The notes beneath the pieces are model-generated. The model worked only from the letters and a program-made list of their open reading frames with translations, ran no database searches and had not been told where the DNA came from. DNA of 64,000 bases from Octopus vulgaris (taxonomy: Eukaryota). The stretch spans positions 41,664,001-41,728,000 of the forward strand of contig OX597821.1 in NCBI GenBank assembly GCA_951406725.2, written 5' to 3'. A program made the position numbers and the translations under genes. This document shows positions 38,005 through 52,268 of the stretch, in pieces (position 1 is the first letter of the stretch; the number at the start of each line of letters is the position of its first letter).

Positions 38005-38390
38005 CTTTTACTCTTTTACCTGTTTCAGTCATTTGACTGCGGCCATACTGGAGCACTGCTTTTAGTCGAGCAAATCGACCCCAGGACTTATTCTTTGGAA
38101 GCCTAGTACTTATTCTATCGGTCTGTTTTGCCGAACCGCTATGTTACTGGGACGTAGACACACCATCGGTTGTCAAGCGATGTTGGGGGGACAAATACAG
38201 ACTCATACATATATACATATATATATACATATATACGACAGGCTTCTTTCGGTTTCCATCTACCAAATCCACTCGCAAGACTTTGGTCGGCCCGAGGCTA
38301 TAGTAGAAGACAATTGCCCAAGGTGCCACGCATTGGGACTGAACCCGGAACCATGTGGTTGGTAAGCAAGCTGCTTACCACGCAGCCACT
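38005..38390 (-). mobile_element. SINE family A
   Basis: Match to the 34222 copy. Confidence 0.9.
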
Positions 38391-38459
38391 CCAAACTAAT
38401 CATTTGTTTATTGTCTTGGTTAAACAATCAATTGCGTCCTTTTCAATGACTTGCCTCCC

Positions 38460-38508
<49 letters not shown>

Positions 38509-38719
38509 AATGTATGTTCTGAATCTCTTTGACTAACAAACAACCAATCGATTATTTAGCCATTAAACAATTTGTCGATTAGTTAAAAACAAAAAAGATA
38601 TTCAACTAATTATCTAACAATAAAGTAGTGATATTGAACCAGTGCGTGTGTTATTATCATTGGCGTAATGACCCTCCCAAGACAGGATTTTTATGAACGT
38701 AAAATGCAGGAAGAAATGT

Positions 38720-39011
38720 CACTGGGCATTGCGTCCAGCGTTGCTAACGATTCTGCCAGCTCGCTGCTTTACTATTAATAATAATCCTTTCTAATACAGG
38801 TACAAGGCCTGAAATTTTGGGGGAGGGGGGCAGTCGTTTACATCAACACCAGCACATAACTGGTACTTATTTCATCGACCCCAAAAGGATGACAGCCAAA
38901 GTCGACTTCGGCGAAATTTGAACTGAGAACGTAGCCACGGGCGAAAAAGCCGCAAAGCATCTTGCTCGGCATGCCAACAATTTCTACCATCTAGCCACCT
39001 TAATCATAATA

Positions 39012-39061
<50 letters not shown>

Positions 39062-39071
39062 CATTATTATT

Positions 39072-39155
<84 letters not shown>

Positions 39156-39700
39156 GATATTATTATTGTTGTTTTTGTTGTTGTTGTTGTTGTTATTATT
39201 ATTATCATTATCATTATTATTATGTCTGAGGTCCTTGTTGTGACTTGACAGATGACTAAAGACTCCGGTGCATTTTAACCTACATTGTGTTACGAAGGAA
39301 TAATAATAATCCTTTCTGTTGAAGGCATAAGGCCTTGAAAATTGGGGGAAGGGGACTAACCGATTACACCGACCCCCAATGTTTTACTGGTCGACTACGA
39401 AAGGTTGAAAGGCATAGTCGACCTCGACAGAATTTCAACTCAGAACGTTGCGACGGGCGAAATACCTATTTCTTTACTACCCACAAGGGGCTAAACACAG
39501 AGAGAACAAACAAGGACAGACAAATGGATTAAGTCGATTATATCGACCCCAGTGCGTAACTGGTCCTTATTTAATCGACCCCGAAAGGATGAAAGGCAAA
39601 GTCGACCTCGGCCGAATTTGAACTCAGAACGTAACGGCAGACGAAATACCGCTAAGCATTTCGCCCGGCGTGCTAACGATTCTGCCAGCTCACCGCCTCA
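38720..39700 (-). mobile_element. Cluster of family B SINEs including a dimer (39300-39700), around a compound (ATT)/(ATC)/(GTT) microsatellite
   Basis: Repeated aaggatgaaaggcaaagtcgacctcggc-type cores; junction gaaatacctatttcttt at 39459. Confidence 0.8.
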
Positions 39701-39729
39701 ACAACAACAACAACAACAACAACAATAAC

Positions 39730-39769
<40 letters not shown>

Positions 39770-41651
39770 GTAATAATTCAATTAATTAATGAAAATAACC
39801 TCCGCCAACTATCTTTCTTAACCACACGTCCCACATTTTCTCTTTTGAATTGCAACGTTATATTTATTTTCTCATGCATTTATTTGTTTATCGCTGTAAA
39901 AATCGATCTTATTATGTGCAGCAGTTATTCTACAACAGAACGCTGAAGCATTCGTACCCTCGGGTTTTCAGTTAAAGAGTTGCCTCCCATGATTTTTAGT
40001 GCAATTAAAGGATTTTTTGTTGCGGGGAGGGTGTTAGGTGCAAAAGTTAGCTCCCTTACACCTAACTGCAGCATTACATTACATTTTGCTAATTATATAT
40101 TTTTTATTTTTATTTTTATTTCATCTACTTTCAGCTCACGAGCTGTGGCCATGCTGGGGCACCGCCATTAGTATATTATTTTTATTTATTCAATAGTTCT
40201 GTAAATGCTTGTCAAGTATCTTCGCTTGTAGGGGTTAATACATCCCGTTATGTCAGAGCACCCTAATAACATAATACTTTGCATTATTTAATAATGCGTT
40301 CGAATTCCAATTAGGACTCGATAAAATGACACCCCAGTTAAACGATGGGTAGATTTAATCGACTACACCATCAGTGCCAGTTGTGGTCTTTGACCATCCA
40401 CGGAACCTCCATTAGAGAAGAACGACGCACGAATCAACGATGGTACCTTTATAAGGCCGCTCGATCTGAGAGAAACAGGAGCTAAATTTGCTTCAATTAT
40501 CACCCAACCGTTTAAAAAAATAACTTGGACACATTCGATAATAAAATTGTAGGTACAGTCTGAAAAAACATCGGATGATCACAGTTGGAATGGCTTTTTA
40601 AATTAGTGAAAATGTTAAAACGTTGCTTTGATTTTATAGGTTTTTCCGTTGCTGTCTTCGAGAAGGCAGTATATGGGAGTGATATGACATTCTGACATGT
40701 AATGGCATCATACTCTTTCTGTTCCACTTTTGTTCGGTGTTACATTATTTAGTGCTGACGACAAATGTTTCCCATAAATATATTGGTTTTCAGGAATGCA
40801 ATTCGCAGCATCTTCTCATGTTCACTATCCGAATTCATGATTACGTTCACACGTTCGCGTTCATTTTGTTCTAAATCATTTCGAAATATAATGGATTTTT
40901 GCTTCCAAATAGAATTCCATTAGAAGTAGACTTACTGTGTTTCGAAATAGCTTTAATTCAACCATTGAAATACAGCGTGAGGTTTGCTTCATTAAGATTA
41001 TTTTTATAAATAGTATTGTCTTTTTCTAACTCTAAATTCGATAAACGTAGAAGAAAACTATACAATCATGACATTTAGAACTTTTGTGTGTTGTCGAAGA
41101 ATCTTACAGCTGGTTTCTATAAGCCATTACTTTGTTGCTCTTAGGATACGTGAAACCTTTCGTAAGCAAATCAGGATTACTCTCACGGGTTACTCCCAAA
41201 ACTCTGATTGAATTCAATCATTACAACAACATGTTTTCCAACGCTATATACAGCGCCATTCACTCTGAGATCTCCTTTCATATACAAACACGTGCTTAAA
41301 AGCACACACCTATATCGGAGAAGATGAGATAGGTGCCGGAACTAGCAGTTCACGTGATTTCCTCACGCTGTCTTCAGTAGCAGGTATCTGGTCACAGCAT
41401 ATCACTGCCAGCGATATATATATATAGAACAACAGTATCTCTTCAGACACCGATGTTGTAAATAGCCTACAGCCTTATCGAAAAATAGACATTAGCGACA
41501 GTAGCACAGTAAGCTGAAATCACCAAGTCTGGGAGTTCCGGTACTCTTTCCAGACAATATATGCGTGTAATTTTAAACAACATTAGACGACCAGCAAGGA
41601 CAAATACCCCCACATTCGGTGTTCTAATAATCTATTCACGTTACATTGTAT

Positions 41652-42040
41652 CTCTTTTATTTGTTTTAGTCATGTGATTGTGGCCGTGCTGGAGCACCGC
41701 CTTTAGTCGAGCAAATCGACCCCAGGACTTATTCTTTGTAAGCCTAGTACTTATTTTATCGGTCTCTTCTGCCGAACCGCTAAGTTACGGGGACGTAAAC
41801 ACACCAGCATCGGTTGTCAAGCGATGCTAGGGGGGACAAACACAGACACACAAACACACACACACATATACATATATACATATATACTACAGGCTTCTTT
41901 CAGTTTCCGTCTACCAAATCCACTCACAAGGCTTTGGTCGGCCCGAAGTTATAGTAGAAGACACTTTCCTAAGGTGCCACGCAGTGGGACTGAACTCGGA
42001 ACCATGTGGTTGGTAAGCAACCTACTTACCACACAGCCGA
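41652..42040 (-). mobile_element. SINE family A
   Basis: Match to the 34222 copy. Confidence 0.9.
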
Positions 42041-42199
42041 TCCTGTATATAAAGATTTCTTTTGGATATTAATACTACTTCCATCGCTAATATTTATTTA
42101 TTTTTATTCTTAATATGGAATTCACAGACAAAAGAAAAATCCGCAAAAGAAGGACAAACATTTAAAATGAAGAAAATTGTGCTTCATGAAAAGTTTGAT

Positions 42200-43310
42200 T
42201 TTACTTAAACATTCAAGAAACCAGTCGACAAATTCGTCCCCGGCTCTACCATCTTGCATTAGTAAACCTTCAAAAACTAATTTACCTTAATTAAAAGTTA
42301 ATCAAATCCCCGTTCATGTAAAGCTCTGGCAGCTACCAAATTAACGATCTTTCTTACAACTCTCATCACATCATCGAAATGTTCAAAGCCTACTTTTAAA
42401 CAAAAGTACTTCTTGATGAGTAAAGCAATAGGAAGAAACAAGATGATCAAGAGCTTTAATTAATTTGCTTTATTTATAAAATCAGCATTTTTGCCTACCA
42501 TATTAGATACACCTCCAGCTATAGCTGCCAAAACTCTACGTCTTTTCCTGACGTGTTTTGAGGTAAATTCTCTAACTTAATCAACTCCTCGTGAAAAGAA
42601 TCACCTTAAAATTATTGAGCTGAAGACAGCCAGTAGAACTGATGTCAAGACTAACAGAAAAAATAGTTTGCTTCGATTTAAATGTTCTCGAATTTGATTT
42701 CCTGCGTTAGCTTTCCAATAGAATCCTATTGGGAAGCAAAAATCCATTATATTTCGAAAGGGTTCAGAAGAAAATGAATGTAAACGTGAACAGGTAAACG
42801 TAATCAGGGATTTGGACTGTGAACTTCTGGTATTATGGAGAATTACATTCTTGAAAATCAACGTGCTCCTGTGAATCATTGTCGTTAGCACTAAATGCCT
42901 TTCAGAACATTTCTTATTGCCAGCTCATTCACACCCTTTACATTAGCGTCCTTATTATGAAAGTCTTCAACTAAAAGTGGTGCAGGTTTAACAAAAGATT
43001 CTTTAATAAATTCACCATTCTTTTTCCTTTTTTTCTGCTTCAACAATACAAGAGATTGCAGCTACTTAATGGGAATGTCCTGCCAACAATTTAAACATGT
43101 TTTCTGGTTGTTGGAATTATTTCTGTTTTAGCTGTTAGGACACAGACTCATTGTGGTCGACAGCAGGTTCTGTATCCAGGGATAATGCTTAATGTCAAGA
43201 AACCTTTTCATGATCTACTCACAACTACATCCTCGGGCAACATACAAAGAATTATATCACCCGTGTCAACAACGCCATATTGTTCACCACACCAATCTTC
43301 AAACTTTGCT
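42200..43310 (-). mobile_element. hAT (Buster/Charlie/SPIN, GTF2IRD2-like) transposase remnant
   Basis: Ordered minus-strand motifs KFEDWCGEQYG, NGEFIKESF, GGVSNMVGKN, SYCFTHQE, DDVMRVVRKIVNLVAARALHERGF, RW*SRG. Confidence 0.8.
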
Positions 43311-44709
43311 TTTTGAAATAATCTTTTTATAAACAGTTGTTGCCACATTGATAAGAAAAGAAGAATTGAGAAAACAAAAAAAGGCTGAAACCACGTGTTC
43401 GACAGATCGTGTTAGCCTATACGAATAACAAATAATGGGATGCTAATTTATTAATATGTATTCGATTTTAAATCTACTAATTACAACAGAGAGTAATGTG
43501 TCCTTAGACAGCACTGAAAAAAAAAATTTTTTTAATAATAAGTCAAAGTTTTAAAATTCTCTGTCAGATTTTTTAATGTGTCTATAAGGAGTATCAAGAA
43601 GACCGGAGGTGGATCTTTTCAAAATCTGTCACGTATCACGTGTCAAAAATATCATTGGTTGTCATCACCGTTTTACAGAGTCATTTGCTAAAACTAGCAG
43701 CCACATCTCTCTCGAATTATACCCTATCATCTTGAATGGGGACGGATTCTTTGGATACTCTTATTCTGGATATGAAATACCCGTGAAAATTACGATACGG
43801 TCAGCTGAAATGCTTTCAATCACAGGTCTGTTAGTTCAATGCCAACTTGAAATTAGACAACAGCGATAATCTTCATACAACATATCTGTGATCCGAAAGC
43901 TTTCTCCTACTTTGGATAGTTTGGAATCATCACAAAAAAGTCTGCACGTTTATTTTTCTTCGGTTGTTGACTCCATTGCTTATGAATAAAAAGAAAGTAA
44001 CACACAACCTAGCGGGTGTAATTACTGGTCATATTCCTACTCCCAATTTACTGGCCATTTTAAGAATTTTATCATATAATATTATACAACAAAACTTTGA
44101 TAATCACAATGTCACAGTGAGTTAAATGTGTTACTCGCTACTGTTGTTGTTGCGTTTTCGTCATGCGTTGGTACTGATCAGTACATATATACATGTGTGT
44201 GTGTGTGTGTGTGTGTGTGCATGCGTGCGTTGGCGCGTGCGTGCGTGTGTATGTATGTATGTATGTATGTATGTATGTGTGTATGTATGTATGTATGTAT
44301 GTATGTATGTATGTATGTATGTATGTATGAAAGAAAGAATGGTATGACGAATACAATCAAGCCGAAACTTTGGCTTGCTTGTGTTCTTCAATGCCAACTT
44401 TGCCTCGTAAATGTTAAGTAAACATATTCCACTAAAAGTATTAAGTACCACTTCTGTTTAATGTTAAATTGTTTTTACAACTTCATATGAAAACAGGCGC
44501 ACACGTACGCGCGTGTGTGTCTGTGTGTGAATTCAGTTACTTGTCCATAAGTCAAAAATAAAAACACTTGATATATGCAATAGAGTGGGTATATCGTTAT
44601 ATTGTCAAACAATATTTTACTGGTTACAGCATAGAATTGGTATTCGCCTCGAATACCGCCACTAGACAATATCGATGCAAACACTTCCAGTTACAAACGA
44701 TGTCCAACA

Positions 44710-44751
44710 ATATATATATATATACACATATATACATACACACATATATAT

Positions 44752-44796
<45 letters not shown>

Positions 44797-44894
44797 CATA
44801 TATATATACATATATATATATACATATATATACATACATATATATATACATATATATATATATACATATATATATATACATATATATACATATA

Positions 44895-44935
<41 letters not shown>

Positions 44936-45048
44936 ATATACATACATATATATATATATATGCATATATATATACATATATATATATGTACATATATATA
45001 TACACATATATATACATACATATATATATACATACATATATATACATG

Positions 45049-45087
<39 letters not shown>

Positions 45088-45147
45088 GTTTAAATATTTG
45101 TTGTGCAAGATTTTGGCTAAACTGGCAATATGACCATTCCGAAATAT

Positions 45148-45193
<46 letters not shown>
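44710..45193. repeat. Long degenerate (TA/TACA)n microsatellite
   Basis: Direct inspection. Confidence 0.95.
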
Positions 45194-45195
<2 letters not shown>

Positions 45196-46189
45196 TATTC
45201 AGGAATAATGTATCGCCGCTCATAGTGTCGTGTTTGTCCTGTATTTTAAGACAATCTAGTGTGGCTGAAGAAGATTTGTTGCAATTCCTATCAAATCGAG
45301 AGGCCACGGTTGGCTTGTTGTAAATACAGAAGGGCTAATCAGTATGTGTTAGTGCGTCTGTCGCGAATTCCATAAAGTGAAGATATTTATGGTGTAATGT
45401 CTCTAGTTATAAAAACGCTGATGTTCCGAGTGAAACAAGCTGACACCAGTCGTATGGCTAACAATTTTATTTTTGTCGATAGATGCTTTGCATAAAACAG
45501 ATGTTAATCTGGGCTGATCTTTAGTTTTTCACTGGAGATTTAATCCTCTTCTTTCTGAAATTAAATTATGCTCGACATCTTTTATTATAGTAAATGTGCA
45601 ACAAAAATCGTCAGTTTTCTGTGAACAGCAAACATCAAAACTTGACGTTTCATTCGTATACAACGCCTTCAGCGTAGAAACTCCCACATTATTTGTTTTA
45701 TCTTTCAAGTAAAGGCTGTTTGTCATAAATCTACGGTGGCAGAGCCATAAAGATTAGCTCATCACGTGAAACTGGCTCAGGCCAGAGGTTTTTATCTTCT
45801 GAAGAATAAGGTCAGATGTGCTGAGAGTTGTAATAATTACTATTGTCATCAAATTAAATTTAAATTCCACATACTTCGTTTACCTGTAGTTTACTGCCAA
45901 ATCGATTTCAGGGGAATGACGGGTTGGTGGGGTGCTATATTTCTGAAAAACGATCGGCCAGTTTATAATCTGAGATTCTTTTTCCGATAAAGGCTGCATA
46001 GTCTGTCGGTTTTCAAATAGTTGTAGCAACTAATAGTTGTAGCAACTAATAGTTGTGGAGCTATTTTTATGTGACTTATCTTCATGGTAATTAATCTTAA
46101 ACTTGAGACAAGTATTATTACTCTGCGCTGTGGTGACTATTTTAGAGTTTCTTGAAGGATGATTAGATCGTTGGTTTGGGTATGATAAC

Positions 46190-46326
46190 GATGAAGAAGA
46201 AGAAGAAGAAGAAGAAGAAGAAGAAGAAGAAGAAGAAGAAGAAGAAGAAGAAGAATGAGGAGGAGGAGGAAGAAGAAGAAGAAGAAGAAGAAGAAGAAGA
46301 AGAAGAAGAAGAAGAAGAAGAAGAAG
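46190..46326. repeat. (GAA)n/(GAG)n trinucleotide repeat
   Basis: Direct inspection. Confidence 0.95.
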
Positions 46327-46669
46327 GGAAGAGGCGAAAGAGAAAGTTATTGTTGTTTGGCTGTTGTTTTATGATAAAAGGCGTTCCAGTCATGACTATA
46401 CCGCCCTATTTGAGTCTCTAAGAGAACACAATATGTGTTCTTTATTTTCAAGGCTTTAAGGTCTAGTTTGAGGGGGATTTAACCTTTATTTCTAGCATTT
46501 GGAACGAGCACGTACAGGTTTCTTTACCTCTTGGTAAACGTGAGAGCTCTGAAGTTCTGTAAATGTGTAAGATTTTCAAGTGTAAATAGATTCCGTCAAC
46601 CAATTCCATTGCAAAATAAAAATCCCTAATTGTGAAAATCTGTGAAACAACTTCAGTAAAATTAGTTTC

Positions 46670-47375
46670 AAATTGGGGTAGAAGGACAGCAAGTTCGAAA
46701 GAGGGGTAAGTCGATCACATCAACCCCAGCACTTAACGGGTACATATTTTGCGAACCCTCCGAAAGGATGAAAGGCAAGTAAACCTCGACAGAATTTGAA
46801 AAACAACTTCAATAATATTACTGCAAAATAGAAGGCTACGAGGTGCCGGAATCGTTAGTACACCGGACCAAACATCTCCAAAAATTTCGGGCCTTGTGCC
46901 TAGAGTAGAAAAGAAAAGAATTTGATAGGCGGACACCAGTACCTCTCGACTTTCGGTATTGGTTTGTTTGCCTTCTTGTGATCTTGTACCGGGGTTAATA
47001 AAAGAAGTACAAGCCTTTTGATTCAATCTTTAAAGTTGGTGCTCCAGCATGGCCGTAATTCAGTAACTGAAGCAAATAGAAAAAGTAAACGGGATTAAAA
47101 CCATCCAGGTTGCTACAAATACTAAACATTATTGATCTGGTTTAGTGATCAATCACAAATAATGGTTTCACATTTTGACACAAGGCCAGTAATTGTGGGA
47201 GCGGGGGTTTAGTCGGTTGAATAAACTCCAGTGCTCAACTGACTTATTTTATCGATCCCGAAGGATGAAAGGCGAAGTCGATCTCGGAGGAATTACAGCT
47301 CAGAACGCAAAGCCGGACGAAATGCCGCTTAGCATTTTGTCCGGTTCGGTAACAGTTTTTCCAGCTCACCGCCTT
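46670..47375. mobile_element. Decayed family B/A SINE fragments in both orientations
   Basis: aggatgaaaggc cores at ~46765 and ~47262; gctccagcatggcc at 47041. Confidence 0.6.
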
Positions 47376-48537
47376 AATCAATCACTAATAATGATACATT
47401 TCTACCGTAACAGAAGAAAAAAAAAAAACTTTGCTCCCACCCCATACCGTGACTGGTTATCCTCTTCAGAACCAGAAAATAATTCAACTCCGAACAGTTG
47501 CCGAACGTCTATAAAGATCTAGTGAGAACCCCAAAGAAGTTCTCTTCGTACATCTAGAATAATGCTGTTGTTATGCCCATCTCAAAGTGACCAACTCAAC
47601 TTCCCTAAACACCTACAATTTCCATCTCATAGACACATTGTCTTACCTCTCTTTGAATTCCAGGCACAACTCATTTTTGCCAGCTGAGTGGACTGGAGCA
47701 ACGTGAAGTAAAGTGTTTTGCTCAAGGACACAACGCGCTGCCGGGAATCGAACTCGTGTCCTTAAAATCGTAAGCTGAATACACTAACGACTAAGCCACG
47801 CGACTTCAGTTAGAGTAAATACCACACACACACATACACACACGCAAACATACGCAAACACACACACACACGCCCGCACGCAAGAACACACACACATGCA
47901 AACATACACACACACACACGCATGCACGTACGCACACTCACGCACACACACTTGCAAACATATACGCACGCACGCACACTCACATACACACACAAGCAAA
48001 CACACACGCACGCACACACGCACACACACACAGACACACGCACACACACACAGACACACAAACACACAAGTACATACACGCGCGCGCTCGCATTCCCTAT
48101 TCTGAACCGTCTGCAAAACTGATTTCCATTTCAAAACCTCCATGGTCAGACTGCTGCCAGGCGTTGTATCTCCAAGATATTTGGTGAGAAGCATCAACTT
48201 AGTTTCTCATGTTCTTAGGTCAGTCTATCCTTCAGACGATCTCGTCATTGAATACCTTTCAATTATTGCCGGAGGCGATTTTGCATTGAATCTAATTAGA
48301 CTTTACTCGCTTTAATGAAAAATCTACGCCATGTTTGTTTTCATTTGACACTGTGCATGTGCGTGTGCTTGCACGAGGGCATGCATATGTGTGTGTATGC
48401 GTGTACGTGTGCATGTGTATATGTGCGCATAAGAATCGGTAAGCAATTGTGTGTACGTGCGAGAGCATATCTTTTGGAGAGAGTGGATGTTAATAAGTGT
48501 GTGTGCGGCTGCCGTTTTCTTCTGTGTCCCCAAAACA

Positions 48538-48597
<60 letters not shown>

Positions 48598-48598
<1 letters not shown>

Positions 48599-49198
48599 CC
48601 CTGGACTTACCCAAAACCACTACAAATTGTAGCCACACGATAAGGCAGCGAAAGTGTTACACTGGAAACTGTGCAGAAAAAGGGGGGCTAGAGAGAGGCA
48701 AGACATGAGAAAAAAACACAGAGAGAGGTGGAGCCGGAGATTAGCAAAATCCTCTTGGAATTCCCAACCCAAATAGATCAAGTCCTAGAGCATAACAGAC
48801 CGGACCTAGTGGTGGTCGACAAGATGCACCACATGTACAATTTAGTTGATGTTGTATGCCCCTTTGACCCACGAATAGTCAAAGAGGAAAGCAAAGAAAT
48901 AGACAAATACAACCGTCTTAGGTAGGAAATAGCCCGGCTATGGAAAATGAAGAAGGTGAAGGTAGTGCCAATTATTGTTTGATCCTTAGAGACAGTATCA
49001 GAAGGCATCAAGAGGAATATAAAGGAAATCGGAATGTAATGCCCAGTAGAACTGTTGACACAGCCAGAATTATCAAGAAAGTATTAAATAGTTGAAAAGA
49101 ACAGATAGCATGGTACTGTAGGCCGCCGGCAGCAAGACCGCTACGCATGCAAAACTCCAGGAGTTCCAACAAAAGTTGTGATAAAAAGAAATAATAAT
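48598..49198 (+). mobile_element. Dong/R4 retrotransposon 3' part starting directly after (AAT)n
   Basis: HDKAAKVLHWKLC; KILLEFPTQIDQVLEHNRPDLVVVDK...DVVCPFD...EIDKY; EIARLWKMKKVKVVPII. Confidence 0.85.
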
Positions 49199-49201
49199 GA
49201 C

Positions 49202-49372
49202 AATAGTCCTAGCTGTCCCTAATAACATGGTTTTCTGGAGCTGTACTAAACTGGGTTTTAAACCTATTTCCTCCATCCAACTGTTCAAATCTTTAGGAAT
49301 AGCTCCTATAACTACACTTTCCATAGCCTCTGTAACGCAATGGCTAGCTCCTGTACTCTGCTAGTTTGTCTT
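49202..49372 (-). mobile_element. Second Dong/R4 3' fragment, tail-to-tail with the first
   Basis: VVIGAIPKDLNSWMEEIGLKPSLVQLQKTMLLGTART, adjacent to (TTG)/(TTA)n. Confidence 0.75.
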
Positions 49373-49396
49373 TAGTTGTTGTTGTTGTCATTGTTG

Positions 49397-49458
<62 letters not shown>

Positions 49459-49461
49459 AGA

Positions 49462-50010
49462 TTTGTTAGCACGCCAGGCAAAATGCTTAGCGGTATTTCG
49501 TCTGCTGTTATGTTCTGAGTTCAAATTTCGCCGAGGTCGACTTTGCCTTTCATCCTTTCGGGGTCGATTAAATAAGTACCAGTTACGCACTGGGATCGAT
49601 ATAATCGACTTAATCTGTTTGTCTGTCCTTGTTTGTCCTCTCTGTGTTTAGCCCCTTGTGAGTAGTAAAGAAATAGGTATTTCATCCGTTTTTACGTTCT
49701 GAGTTCAAATTCTGCCGAGGTCGACTTTGCCTTTCATCCTTTCGGGGTCGATTAAATAAGTACCAGTTACGCACTGGGATCGATATAATCGACTTAATCC
49801 GTTTGTCTGTCCTTGTTTGTTCCCTCTGTTTAGCCCCTTGTGGGTAGTAAAGAAATAGGTATTTCGCACGTCGCAACGTTCTGAGTCCAAATTCCGACGA
49901 GGTCGACTTTGCATTTCATCCTTTTGGGTTCGATAAATATCTGTTGAATAGTCGACTTAGCCCCCTCCCTCAAAATTTTGGGTTTTGAGGCCTTAGTAGA
50001 AACGATTACC
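49462..50010 (+). mobile_element. Family B SINE tandem trimer
   Basis: Units of ~183 bp joined at aaagaaataGGTATTTC (49676, 49858). Confidence 0.9.
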
Positions 50011-50491
50011 ATAATTCCTCGTTTTACTTCCTTCTTTCTTTCACTTCCTACCATCTCCTCACCTCCCTCTTACTTTGTTAGTCACCAATGATATTTGGAA
50101 ACTGTCAAAGACGTTACTTGTGTCTTCATATTCTTTATTCTCATGTTCGTCACTTCAAAATTCCCAACATTGTAAGACACTAACAAGTCACATCACGTCT
50201 TTGGCAGAAAGAACATCTTGACAATTATATCAAACATTAAGTTTCTTCGCTACTTACCTTCAACCACCACATTGATATATCTGTCTTCTCTGTGTATGTG
50301 TGCGTGTGTGTGTGCGTGTGTGTCTCTCTTTCTCTCTTTACCTGTGTGTGTATGCGCGTGTGTGTGTGTGTGTGTGTGTTTTCCACCCTTGCATTTGGAA
50401 CTTGTCCACTGCAGGTTTCTCGCATTATCTTTCTTAGATCTTCAACTAAAGGAGATAAATTTTGTTTAGTGCTTGGTTGCATTCTACAATA

Positions 50492-50537
<46 letters not shown>

Positions 50538-51066
50538 CCTCCCTCTTCCTCCTCTCTCTCTCTCTCTCTCTCCCTCTTTCTCTCTCTGTCTCTCTCTCTG
50601 TCTCTCTCTCTCTCTCTCGTTATCAAGATTTGCCTTTTCAAAAATTGTTGATGAAATTTTTTTTCCCAGTTTCTTTCTAAAGTTGTCGTCTGTTTTACTT
50701 TAAAACAATTTTCTTATTTCGGTTTGGAACACGCTAAAACTTTTCTTTCATCATTTAACCTAAAGTTATATTATTGAGTGTGTAACAGAGATAAGGTTAA
50801 GCTTTCAACATAAACATTATTACAGAACTGATGTACAGAGCAACAGTTTAACAAGTTTTGGAAGATTTTTACACTGATACCAGGATTCCTTTTGCACGCC
50901 ATCCATTACCAGTGTCAGAACAAACATCACTGAAAACCGTTTAGCTTTATTTAAAACATTCCCAGATGTCATTTACAGTTATATTTAACCATTGATCGCT
51001 ATTTTTATTTTTTGGTTTCAGGGAGGATTCGATCGTTTGTAAATAGTCTTAAAACTGTATGAGATA

Positions 51067-51498
51067 CTAGCAGCATAGCCCGGCGTTGCCCGGGTATGTA
51101 AGAGCCCCTAGTAGGCAATGACTAATCCCAATCTAGTCCTTTCTTTCTAGGGAATGAAGGCGCATGTGTAGGTTGCAATGTCTTCTCTTCACTCGAATAC
51201 TTCTGTGTATACGATGTTCCTAGCTGTCCTTTTGGGCGATAAAAAGGTCGAGTTGTGTCCCCTAGACAGAAAATGTGTTGCATATAAAAAGCTTAGATTC
51301 TCGACCCCATGTCGAATTTATCGATTTTTTTCAGAACTGGGGGAACTTTTCAAAATTTTCACTGCGTAAGTTTTGAATTATGACATTGGGCTATGTGTGT
51401 GTCAAGTTTCATCAGAATCGATTGAAAGCCGTGGTCAGGGTGAGGGTACAACCTGACAGACACACAGACAGACAAACTGCCGTTTATATATAGAGAGA
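51067..51498 (-). mobile_element. Non-autonomous Helitron
   Basis: Minus: A|TCTCTCTATATATAAA...cccgggcaacgccggg hairpin...GCTAG|T. Confidence 0.85.
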
Positions 51499-51509
51499 TA
51501 TCGTTTTAC

Positions 51510-51900
51510 CATCCATCCACCCATTTTCTCCACCCATATTCCTGAAGGGTCGTTGGGGTAGAGTCCTCAAGCATCTCTTCCATAGGCCCTTATCTGAAGC
51601 AACTGTCAATACGCTTTCCAGCTGGATTCCCAAACATTAACAACTGAGAAGATGTATGTTATACAGCCATTTTGTTCTTTGTCAATCTCTAGGTTTTCTG
51701 CCGATTGGTGCCTTTTGAAATATCCGTCTTTCAATCCTTTCCAGCAACATTTAAATCACATCTCTGTAGTACCAGAACTGTGTCCTCTAAACGTGGTGAG
51801 GTAGCGGCTCAACCTATAGAGATTCCTTGATCTCCGAGCAACAAACTCTTTCGAGTAACGTCACTCAAGATATCCTTCGGAGAAACCTCATTTCGGCCTC
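51510..51900 (-). mobile_element. Probable RTE LINE 3' end with (GGAT)n tail
   Basis: ccatccatcc tail; minus strand DKGLWKRCL near the end; decayed. Confidence 0.4.
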
Positions 51901-52268
51901 TTTTACTCAAGATTAATTTCAATGTAATATAGAATTTGATTAGATAAATGTGATATATATTAACCGTTATTATCGAATTAAATTTACAGAGAGAGAATTA
52001 CTGCAAGCTATGTTGAAAGTCAAATAAGATATGAAGCACTTACGTAATGTGTTAATAGTTGTATTGAGAGGGGCTAAATATAGTTGAACAATAAAAACAA
52101 ACAAAAGCCGGGCTGACAACTCAAAATCACACACACACACACACACATAGATATATAGATATATATATATATATATATATATATGGTGAGAGTTTACAAA
52201 AAAAAGATGAAGGCGGGTGTGTAAACACCAAACAGATGTATTAGTTTAACGCTCGGGAAGTGAGAACG

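Noticed and set aside
41098-41180. tcttacagctggtttc resembling a hammerhead 3' half
   Set aside because: No CUGANGA with matching stem I found
44568-45307. Long ORFs of 150-227 aa and similar YI/HT/RE/SL-rich ORFs throughout
   Set aside because: Stop-free translations of microsatellites with no protein signal
46016-46057. 16-bp tandem repeat x2.5
   Set aside because: Ordinary slippage duplication
49462-50010. CRISPR-like periodicity
   Set aside because: SINE multimers with no unique spacers, in eukaryotic DNA with no cas genes
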